Assembly: GCF_900167395.1 (NCBI RefSeq) | Contig: NZ_FUWK01000042.1 | Coordinates: 1-22,929 of the forward strand | Length of the DNA stretch: 22,929 nt | Reading direction: 5' to 3' | Source: Nitrosomonas europaea | Lineage (GTDB): Bacteria; Pseudomonadota; Gammaproteobacteria; Burkholderiales; Nitrosomonadaceae | In this document: positions 1-7,144 of the stretch, piece after piece | How positions within the stretch are numbered: position 1 is the first letter of the stretch | Layout of the letters: every line of letters begins with the position of its first letter | Translations under genes and position numbers: made by a program | Notes under the pieces: model-generated | Databases searched by the model: none | Told to the model about the DNA's origin: nothing | Seen by the model: only the letters and a program-made list of their open reading frames with translations

Positions 1-2
1 AA

Positions 3-515
3 GCCAAACAGAAAGCCAAACTGGATCCGGCCAAGGACTACACCCAGGACAAAGACTGCGTAGGTTGTCACGTGGATGGATTTGGTCAGAAAGGGGGCTA
101 TACGATCGAATCGCCCAAACCGATGCTGACGGGTGTAGGCTGTGAATCCTGCCATGGACCTGGACGTAACTTCCGGGGAGATCATCGTAAGAGCGGGCAG
201 GCTTTTGAGAAATCGGGCAAGAAAACGCCTCGCAAAGATCTGGCAAAGAAAGGACAGGACTTCCACTTTGAAGAACGCTGCAGTGCGTGCCATCTGAACT
301 ACGAAGGTTCACCGTGGAAGGGAGCCAAAGCGCCTTACACCCCGTTTACACCGGAAGTGGATGCGAAATACACTTTCAAGTTTGATGAAATGGTCAAGGA
401 AGTCAAAGCCATGCATGAACATTACAAACTGGAAGGCGTATTTGAAGGAGAGCCGAAATTTAAATTCCATGATGAATTCCAGGCCAGTGCCAAACCTGCC
501 AAAAAAGGAAAATAG
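3..515 (+). CDS. multihaem c-type cytochrome, C-terminal part (5' end lies outside the window)
   Basis: Frame 3 is open from the window edge. There are three CXXCH haem-binding motifs: CVGCH (nt 57-71), CESCHGPG and CSACH. The C-terminal tail is Lys-rich. The GTG at 72 used by the ORF track is internal to this frame. Confidence 0.75.
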   Translation, partial: AKQKAKLDPAKDYTQDKDCVGCHVDGFGQKGGYTIESPKPMLTGVGCESCHGPGRNFRGDHRKSGQAFEKSGKKTPRKDLAKKGQDFHFEERCSACHLNYEGSPWKGAKAPYTPFTPEVDAKYTFKFDEMVKEVKAMHEHYKLEGVFEGEPKFKFHDEFQASAKPAKKGK

Positions 516-733
516 TGATTTCTTTCCTGACGGTTTGATTATGAGGTTTGTTCCGGAGGAGTAGTCATCGGCTTTTCCGGAATGAGCCCGAATTGATTTT
601 TTAATATCCATGAATACCTCGGACATTGTCCGGGCAGACCAACAGGCATTCGGAATTTGTGTACTTTACTGTCTATCTGCTTATATTTGTTTCCGGCCTG
701 GCAGACAAAATATACCGGGAGTTGCTGTTTTCA

Positions 734-763
734 ACCGTCGGAAGAGGCGGTTTTTTTATTTTT
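734..763 (+). terminator. rho-independent terminator-like hairpin plus T-tract
   Basis: ACCGTC (734-739) pairs with GGCGGT (746-751), including one G-U pair, around a 6-nt loop. TTTTTTTATTTTT follows. It lies 220 nt downstream of the cytochrome stop and 6 nt before the ATG at 769. Confidence 0.55.
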
Positions 764-768
764 AGAAT

Positions 769-1566
769 ATGTTGAACATATTTCATAGATTCCCGGAAGT
801 GACCGGGAATCCGGCTCACAGGAAACGTGATTATTTCATTGCAGCATTTACCTTCTTCTGTGTTGCAGTCAGTCTTGTAATCGATGCGCACGGGACGCTG
901 CTGCTTCAGAACGTGCTGGGTGTCATTGCCTGGATTTTCCTGGTTGCGTTACTTCGTGGTGAAAACCGAGAAATAAGGATGCAGGTGGTGATTGCTGTTG
1001 CTTTTGCAACAGCAGGCGAGCATTTTGCATCCATTTATATGGGAGGATATACCTACCGCCTGGAAAATGTGCCGCTCTACGTACCGCCAGGCCATGGCAT
1101 GGTTTATTTGACTGCAGTGACATTGGCCCGATCCGGTTTTTTCCTCCAACATGCACGGAAGATTGCAGCTTTCGTGGTGATTTCCTGTGGTTTGTGGTCA
1201 GCATGGGGTATTAGCGGGTTACCTGAACATGGTGATCAGGTAGGCGCATTGCTGTATGTGGTATTCCTGATTTATCTATTCAAAGGCAGATCGCCAATGG
1301 TGTATCTGGCTGCGTTCTTCATTACAACCTGGCTGGAACTGATTGGTACCGCCGCCGGAACCTGGCAGTGGGCAACGCTTGAACCAATATTCGAGTTGAC
1401 ACAAGGCAATCCGCCGAGTGGGGTCTCTGCCTGGTATTGTCTGGTGGATGCCGTTGCTATTAGTGGAGCACCTGTATTTCTGAATGCCTTTAACAGAATG
1501 AATGGTTTGCTCAAATGGCTTAAAACCAATGGAATCAGTCTCAAAGTGATTTTGAGCAGGAAATGA
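769..1566 (+). CDS. hypothetical polytopic inner-membrane protein (about 7-8 predicted TM helices), family not recognised
   Basis: Long ORF with repeated hydrophobic 18-22 aa stretches (FIAAFTFFCVAVSLVI, VLGVIAWIFLVALL, VVIAVAFATAG, AAFVVISCGLWSAWGI, LLYVVFLIYLF, VYLAAFFITTWLELIG). The start codon is uncertain: there is no SD, and the ATG sits directly after a terminator-like structure. Confidence 0.6.
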   Translation: MLNIFHRFPEVTGNPAHRKRDYFIAAFTFFCVAVSLVIDAHGTLLLQNVLGVIAWIFLVALLRGENREIRMQVVIAVAFATAGEHFASIYMGGYTYRLENVPLYVPPGHGMVYLTAVTLARSGFFLQHARKIAAFVVISCGLWSAWGISGLPEHGDQVGALLYVVFLIYLFKGRSPMVYLAAFFITTWLELIGTAAGTWQWATLEPIFELTQGNPPSGVSAWYCLVDAVAISGAPVFLNAFNRMNGLLKWLKTNGISLKVILSRK

Positions 1567-1723
1567 GTGTGATTTCTACTTTCTGGATTACGAGTAGCCG
1601 CGGTTTACGGGTTATCTTCAAACAGATTGTTGAAGATTGATGATGATTCAGGGCTCAACTCATTTGTGCTGTGGGAGTAATGCCTGTAGATTTTTGTGTT
1701 TCTACTTGTTGTAAAAATAGACT

Positions 1724-3220
1724 ATGAGTAATGATGTGACGTTTGCCCAACTGGGCTTGTCCAGTGAAATTCTCCATGCAGTTAATGATGAAGGGTATGT
1801 GAATCCCACTCCGATCCAGGCCCAGGTCATTCCTTCGATTCTGGCTGGTAAGGATGTGATGGCCAGTGCGCAAACAGGTACCGGTAAGACAGCCGGCTTT
1901 ACATTGCCGCTGCTGTACCGTCTGCAAGCATACGCCAATACGAGTGTGTCTCCTGCCCGGCATCCTGTTCGTGCCCTGATCATGGCACCGACTCGTGAAC
2001 TGGCGATGCAGATCGACGAAAGTGTCAGGAAATATGGAAAATATCTTGCCCTGAGAACGGCTGTCGTTTTTGGTGGTATCAATATCGAGCCCCAAATCGC
2101 AGCGCTGCAGGCCGGGGTGGAGATACTGGTGGCTACTCCCGGTCGCCTGTTGGATCTGGTCGAACAAAAAGCAGTCAATTTTTCCAAAACCGAAATTCTG
2201 GTACTAGATGAAGCTGATCGTATGTTGGATATGGGTTTTTTGCCGGACATCAAGCGGGTGATGGCGCTGTTATCTCCACAACGGCAAAGCCTGATGTTTT
2301 CTGCAACATTCTCCGGTGAAATCAGGAAACTTGCCGACAGCCTGCTGAAGCAGCCGGTCCGAATCGAAGCAGCGGTACAAAATACAGTGAATGAATCTAT
2401 TTCACATGTCATTCACTGGGTAAAGCCAGATAGCAAATTTGCCTTGCTGCTACACCTCATCCGACAGCAGAATCTGAAACAGGCACTTATTTTCGTCAAA
2501 ACGAAACATGGTGCTTCCCATCTGGCGCAGATGCTTTCCCGCCACGAAATCTCGGCGGTTGCCATTCACGGCGACAGAAATCAGCAGCAGCGTACACAGG
2601 CGCTCGCTGAATTCAAGCATGGTGACGTGCAAATACTGGTTGCTACCGATGTCGCCGCGCGCGGTATCGACATTGAAAAGCTGTCACATGTCATCAATTA
2701 TGAATTACCTGGTAACCCGGAAGATTATGTCCATCGGATCGGACGTACCGGCCGGGCCGGTAGTAAAGGAAAGGCTATTTCTCTGGTTAGCGAACATGAA
2801 AAAGAACTGCTGGCCAATATCGAAAAACTGCTGAACGCCAAACTGGAAACAGAACAGATTGCCGGTTTTGATGCGGAACAGTTTGCTCGCAGCCTGCCAG
2901 ATCGGAAAAACCGGATGTCGGCCGGTAACTCCCGCTACGGCAATAAGCCGATGGAAAATGGGAGTGAGAAAAGCAGAAGTGAGAAACACAGGAAACTGCC
3001 ATCATCCCAGAAATACTCCGGTTCTCGCCGAGGGGGAACGCAAAAATACAGCGACCCCATCTTTACCCAGCCTTACGTGCCACAGGCTAATTCGACACAG
3101 TCGACAACGCCCAAGCAGCCAGAAATCCAATCTCTGTTCCTGACATACAGGCAGGAAAAAAAGACCATTCCGGCGTTGTTTACGGCCTTGTCGAAAAGTA
3201 AAGCTGGCCAGGAGAACTGA
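1724..3220 (+). CDS. rhlE: ATP-dependent DEAD-box RNA helicase, RhlE-like, with a basic low-complexity C-terminal tail
   Basis: The helicase motifs are present in order: Q-motif region (FAQLGL...GYVNPTPIQ), AQTGTGKT (I), PTRELA (Ia), VLDEADRM (II, DEAD), SAT (III), ARGIDI (V), HRIGRTGRAG (VI). Confidence 0.93.
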   Translation: MSNDVTFAQLGLSSEILHAVNDEGYVNPTPIQAQVIPSILAGKDVMASAQTGTGKTAGFTLPLLYRLQAYANTSVSPARHPVRALIMAPTRELAMQIDESVRKYGKYLALRTAVVFGGINIEPQIAALQAGVEILVATPGRLLDLVEQKAVNFSKTEILVLDEADRMLDMGFLPDIKRVMALLSPQRQSLMFSATFSGEIRKLADSLLKQPVRIEAAVQNTVNESISHVIHWVKPDSKFALLLHLIRQQNLKQALIFVKTKHGASHLAQMLSRHEISAVAIHGDRNQQQRTQALAEFKHGDVQILVATDVAARGIDIEKLSHVINYELPGNPEDYVHRIGRTGRAGSKGKAISLVSEHEKELLANIEKLLNAKLETEQIAGFDAEQFARSLPDRKNRMSAGNSRYGNKPMENGSEKSRSEKHRKLPSSQKYSGSRRGGTQKYSDPIFTQPYVPQANSTQSTTPKQPEIQSLFLTYRQEKKTIPALFTALSKSKAGQEN

Positions 3221-3256
3221 ATACACCTACATTCCCGGTTTTTCCCGTCTTTTTAG

Positions 3257-3697
3257 TTCATTACCTCCGTTTCAAAGAGTCGGCTGTCTCCAGACTGCGC
3301 AATCCGTATTACCAATCCCTCTTTCGTCATGCCGGGAAATTTCCAGTATCTCTGTGCAGTCACTTTCGGCACTTTAGTAGCCCCTGCCTAACGTCTGAAT
3401 ACAAGTAACCGTTGTGAGATTGGTCACAGAGCAACATTGCTGATGTGGCTATGCTTCCCGCTGTACATCGTGTCGATGCACTATCAGCAATATGTGCGAA
3501 GCATGAGTGGCCCGATGACAGAGATGTGGGGAGGCAATAGAGTACTCTCCGGCATTGCTGACTATGCACGCATGACTGTTTCCGGGATCAGGTACTCTCA
3601 AATATACAAGGGATCGTATGAAAGATTCAATCGGGAGATTCTGTCAAACGGTCTGATCTTTTTCCACCGACCAATGACTCAACTGGAGAATGAATAA
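3257..3697 (+). pseudogene. possible decayed DDE (rve/IS3-like) transposase relic
   Basis: Frame 2 is open from 3257 to 3697 apart from one TAA. It carries degenerate integrase-core landmarks at roughly the right spacing: AIRIT...FQYLCAV (compare W.TDIT...YL.V.D), TEMWGG (compare HSD.G) and, 33 aa later, YERFNREIL (compare ERFNRTLK.E). It is truncated where the peroxidase gene begins. Confidence 0.35.
3413..3428. promoter_or_regulatory. perfect TGTGA-N6-TCACA palindrome (CRP/FNR-family consensus-like site)
   Basis: TGTGAgattggTCACA read directly, about 270 nt upstream of the peroxidase ATG. Chance expectation for a perfect match in 23 kb is about 0.02. Confidence 0.25.
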
Positions 3698-3700
3698 AAA

Positions 3701-5215
3701 ATGACATGGCATGGCTCGAATAAATCCGGCGGGTATAACCCTCCGAAATCCATCTCCTATGACCAAGGTAAATTCGGCCGGATGTTTCCTTCCCTTCCAC
3801 CTTTTGCGCAGGATACCCGGCAAATCAGGGATGCTCTGAAAGAGCTCGGCAGGAAGGGCGGTATCATGGATGCCAAAGAAGATACAGACATTGCTGTCAA
3901 CCCCAATCTTGCCCGCGATCTGATCATTGATCCCGCGTTGAGCCTCATTAACCCGAATAATCCGAATCTTGTGGCCGGTATGACTTTCCTGGGCCAGTTT
4001 CTCGACCACGACATCACGTTTGATCCAGTCTCCAACCTGGAAAGACAGTCAGATCCGGAATCCATCCGCAATTTCCGCCGGCCCCTGTTTGAACTCGACA
4101 GTATGTATGGTTCCGGGCCAAGTGCCTCACCTTATTTATACGACCAGAGTGCTGATGGAGAAGGCATCAAGTTCTATGTTGAGGAGATATCCGGTGCAGC
4201 TGCAGTGTCTGCAGGCGGCTTCGTACGTTATGATTTGCCGCGCAACAGTCAGGGAACGGCGTTGCTGGGTGATCCACGCAATGACGAGAATCTGATGGTT
4301 TCCCAATTACACCTTGCCATGCTGCGTTTTCACAATGCAGTAGTGGATTATGTGAAAGCACAATCCAGCCTGACAGACCCGGATGAAGTGTTTACTGAAG
4401 CCCAAAGGCTGGTGCGCTGGCATTACCAGTGGATCATCATACATGAGTATCTGGTAAGAACCGTTGGCAAGCCGCTGGTTGACAATATCCTGATCAACGG
4501 GCGTAAATTTTATAAATGGCACAATCAGCCCTTCATCCCGATTGAATTTTCGGCAGCTGCTTATCGTTTCGGCCATTCGCAGGTTCGCCCCTCATATCGC
4601 TCCAATTTCGGGCCGATACCTTCCGATATCAATTCGCAAATTTTTCGACTGATCTTCAACGATAATCTGGCAGACGAGCCTGACCCTGATGATTTGCGTG
4701 GGGGAAAACGTGCGCCATCCCGTTTCATCGACTGGCAGACATTCTTTGATTTTGGCGATGGCAAAGTGCGCCCAAGTAAAAAAATCGACACCAAACTTTC
4801 TACCACCCTGTTCGATTTGCCGGCTGTGCGTGGAGATATCCAATCTCTCGCACAGCTCAATCTGCTCAGAGGATTGACTTTCAGTCTGCCTTCCGGGCAA
4901 AGCGTGGCAAAAGCGATGAATCTGCCGATACTGAATACCACTGACCTTGCCGATCTGGTTGATTTTAAACTGCACCAGCGCACGCCACTCTGGTTTTACA
5001 TTTTGCGTGAGGCGGAGGTGAAAGAGAACGGGGAACGGCTGGGGCCGGTGGGTGGACGTATCATCGCCGAGGTGTTTCTTGGCTTGTTGCAGGGAGATTC
5101 CATGTCTTACCTGCGGCAGGATCCGCGATGGATACCCACATTGCCGAGTACAGTGGAAGGCACTTTTAGGATGGCCGATCTGCTCAGGTTTGCTGGCGTA
5201 GTGGCTCCATTGTAA
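3701..5215 (+). CDS. haem peroxidase of the peroxidase-cyclooxygenase (animal haem peroxidase, An_peroxidase) superfamily, short bacterial form
   Basis: Distal motif FLGQFLDHDITF (Q99, D102, H103). GDPRNDENL supplies the catalytic Arg and Glu (R193, E196). Proximal-His motif is AAYRFGHSQV (H292). No N-terminal signal peptide. GGAG lies 12 nt upstream of the ATG. Confidence 0.85.
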   Translation: MTWHGSNKSGGYNPPKSISYDQGKFGRMFPSLPPFAQDTRQIRDALKELGRKGGIMDAKEDTDIAVNPNLARDLIIDPALSLINPNNPNLVAGMTFLGQFLDHDITFDPVSNLERQSDPESIRNFRRPLFELDSMYGSGPSASPYLYDQSADGEGIKFYVEEISGAAAVSAGGFVRYDLPRNSQGTALLGDPRNDENLMVSQLHLAMLRFHNAVVDYVKAQSSLTDPDEVFTEAQRLVRWHYQWIIIHEYLVRTVGKPLVDNILINGRKFYKWHNQPFIPIEFSAAAYRFGHSQVRPSYRSNFGPIPSDINSQIFRLIFNDNLADEPDPDDLRGGKRAPSRFIDWQTFFDFGDGKVRPSKKIDTKLSTTLFDLPAVRGDIQSLAQLNLLRGLTFSLPSGQSVAKAMNLPILNTTDLADLVDFKLHQRTPLWFYILREAEVKENGERLGPVGGRIIAEVFLGLLQGDSMSYLRQDPRWIPTLPSTVEGTFRMADLLRFAGVVAPL

Positions 5216-5238
5216 GGGCGAACCATCACGATACATTC

Positions 5239-5261
5239 GTACCCGGCTGATCCCCGGGTAC
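5239..5261 (+). terminator. weak terminator-like hairpin after the peroxidase gene
   Basis: GTACCCGG (5239-5246) and CCGGGTAC (5254-5261) form an 8-bp stem with a 7-nt loop, 24 nt after the stop. There is no clean T-tract, and 8-bp stems are expected by chance. Confidence 0.3.
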
Positions 5262-5538
5262 CGGTGCTTCAGCCTGCTTTATCACAGCTCTGATCGACGC
5301 AGCCGTTGTCGCGTAATTATGGTGAGGACACATCAATCTGTACTGTATCTGACGATGTTCAGGACGGTAGCATAAATCACGCTATCCTCCATTTCCTGTT
5401 TACCTGGTCATCTAAAAAGCTCCCGGAACCAGGGTTATTCCTGTTTTGTTTCTAATACATTTATTGACATAAATCAATGAAATGTGAGCCGATCGGGTGC
5501 ATGATTTTCCCGGGTTCAAACGAAAAGGAGTAATGAAA

Positions 5539-5667
5539 ATGAGCGAAGTAGTAAAAGGTAGTGATACTGAAACCTTTAGGAAAATGATGGTTGCCGTCGT
5601 ATTGATTATGACGGTACTGGCTTCGTTGATTGTGGTTTCAGCATACTTTTCACCGGCTGTACATTGA
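5539..5667 (+). CDS. small single-pass membrane protein (42 aa), not in the ORF track
   Basis: ATG at 5539 lies 8 nt after AAGGAG (5525-5530). Translation: MSEVVKGSDTETFRKMMVAVVLIMTVLASLIVVSAYFSPAVH, a polar N-terminus followed by one about 22-aa hydrophobic helix. The TGA is at 5665-5667, and a strong hairpin terminator begins 11 nt later. Confidence 0.55.
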   Translation: MSEVVKGSDTETFRKMMVAVVLIMTVLASLIVVSAYFSPAVH

Positions 5668-5670
5668 TTG

Positions 5671-5718
5671 CACTGAAAAACTGCGCAGAAGTTGTATCGC
5701 TGCGCAGTTTCTTTTATC
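5671..5718. terminator. bidirectional rho-independent terminator shared by convergent small ORFs
   Basis: AAACTGCGCAG (5678-5688) and CTGCGCAGTTT (5700-5710) form an 11-bp perfect stem with an 11-nt loop. The + strand continues CTTTTATC. The - strand has TTTTT running out of the stem. Confidence 0.7.
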
Positions 5719-5926
5719 TAAGTATCATCTCTGCCAGTTTTGCCTGACTGGCGGGAATATCAGTAGTAAAAAATCCGCAACAAAAGGTCTTGCAGCAGGA
5801 AGTCTTCTCCAGGGTGCATTTTATTCTTTCCGGCTTGCCCCGTTGCAGCCCAATCGTTTCTTTTTTCCATCCTTCCGGTTCCATTTCCTGATTCTGATTT
5901 GTCTGTCGAAACAGCGGGTAGAACAT
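5714..5926 (-). CDS. hypothetical Cys-rich small protein (70 aa, or 56 aa from the internal Met)
   Basis: The ORF stops 4 nt before the bidirectional terminator stem. Codon choice resembles neighbouring genes (ccg, ctg, gaa, aaa). It contains the cluster C-x6-CC-x3-CC. There is no convincing SD and I recognise no family. Confidence 0.3.
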   Translation of the reverse strand: MFYPLFRQTNQNQEMEPEGWKKETIGLQRGKPERIKCTLEKTSCCKTFCCGFFTTDIPASQAKLAEMILR

Positions 5927-6049
5927 TTACTTGTTTTTAAGCAGATGGAAGACATATTTTGATAATATCTCCAGTTATTTATCTTGGTCCGGTAGAACGC
6001 TCCGGGTTGCCGATTTGTTCATGTGTATTGCAAGGAGAGGGTCGACTTG

Positions 6050-7144
6050 ATGTTGAATAGAGCAGGAAAATTGCTGAGCATGGCTCTGGTGCTATTGCTA
6101 TCCGCCTGCGGCAAGCAGGAGGAGACGGTAAAAGTCGCCAGCCCGCCCTCGGTCAGTGTGATTACCGCTGAACAGATCTCGATGGAAGTACGTGAAGAAA
6201 CCATTGGCTCGCTGGAGGGGATGATGGATCCGACCGTTGCGGCGGAAGTTTCCGGGCGGGTACTCAAGGTGCTGGTGCGTCAGGGTCAGCATGTGAAGAA
6301 AGGGCAGGAAATTGCTTTGCTGAACCCGGTCGATTACCAGTTGCAGCGACGGGAAGCACTCAGTGAAGTCGCCCGGCTGGAAGCTCTGCTGGAAAACCAG
6401 CAACGTTCGGTTGAGCGTAATGCCCGGCTGGTCGAGCGGAATTTCATTTCCCAGATCGTGCTGGATGATGTCAAGACCCAGGAAATTGCTTTACGCCGGC
6501 AGCTGGAAGGTGCCAAATCCCGGTTGGCCTCGATCGAACATAATCAATCCAAGACACGCCTGCTTTCCCCTGTGGATGGAACGGTTGAATCCCGGCTGGT
6601 TGCTGAGGGAGATTATGTCAAGGTGGGTGATCCATTGTTCCAGATCATCAGCAATCAGCGTTTGCGTGCTCATTTGCCATTTCCCGAAAGCATTGCCTCA
6701 TCTATCAGGCCGGGTCTGGAAGTTCGGTTGAATACGCCTACTTCCAGTGTCGAGATCGTTTCTCGCATCAGAGAATTGAAGCCTGCCATCGGTGCAGGTA
6801 ACCGGGCGATAGATGTACTGGCTGACGTGGAGGATCAGCCTGGTTGGCATACGGGTGCCAGTGTCAGTGGCGTGGTCGTGCTCGGTGTGCGCGAGAATGT
6901 GGTGGTAGTGCCGGAGCAGAGCGTAGTATTGAGACCGGCAGGCGAAGTGGTGTATGCCATCAGCCAGGATCAGGCACAAGCTCATCAGCGGGTGGTGCGT
7001 ACCGGATTGAGGCAGGATGGCATGGTCGAAATCATTGATGGTATACAGGCGGGTGAGCAGATCGTGCTCGATGGTGCCGCTTTTCTGACGGATGGTGCCA
7101 GAATTTCTGTACAAAAAGAAATGTCAGTGCAGGCAGATTCATGA
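6050..7144 (+). CDS. RND efflux periplasmic adaptor (membrane fusion protein, HlyD/AcrA family), lipoprotein
   Basis: Signal peptide with lipobox LLLSAC-G, then coiled-coil and barrel-sandwich style sequence typical of MFPs. AAGGAGAGG lies upstream of the ATG at 6050, so the GTG at 6023 in the ORF track is probably an over-extension. The stop overlaps the permease start (ATGA at 7141-7144). Confidence 0.88.
   Translation: MLNRAGKLLSMALVLLLSACGKQEETVKVASPPSVSVITAEQISMEVREETIGSLEGMMDPTVAAEVSGRVLKVLVRQGQHVKKGQEIALLNPVDYQLQRREALSEVARLEALLENQQRSVERNARLVERNFISQIVLDDVKTQEIALRRQLEGAKSRLASIEHNQSKTRLLSPVDGTVESRLVAEGDYVKVGDPLFQIISNQRLRAHLPFPESIASSIRPGLEVRLNTPTSSVEIVSRIRELKPAIGAGNRAIDVLADVEDQPGWHTGASVSGVVVLGVRENVVVVPEQSVVLRPAGEVVYAISQDQAQAHQRVVRTGLRQDGMVEIIDGIQAGEQIVLDGAAFLTDGARISVQKEMSVQADS

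Noticed and set aside
610-765. 51-codon ORF in the cytochrome/membrane-protein spacer.
   Set aside because: It has no SD. It translates through the terminator stem and T-tract, giving an RRKRRFFYF tail, which is an artefact of the structure rather than coding sequence.
3436-3491. 9-bp inverted repeat ATTGCTGAT / ATCAGCAAT, with a third CATTGCTGA copy at 3553-3561.
   Set aside because: Stems of this length with about 40-nt loops are expected several times by chance. The repeat lies inside the putative transposase relic and has no terminator or riboswitch-like context.
3437-3697. 86-aa ORF directly upstream of the peroxidase gene, considered as a possible partner gene.
   Set aside because: It has no SD. 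Its frame continues upstream past a single stop, with transposase-like landmarks (ERFNRE etc.), so it is more parsimoniously part of a decayed IS gene.
5630-5962. 110-aa plus-strand ORF spanning the small-ORF region.
   Set aside because: It starts inside the 42-aa gene in another frame, reads straight through the strong terminator hairpin, and has an F/L/S/C-rich, non-protein-like composition. The convergent two-small-gene model explains the hairpin better.
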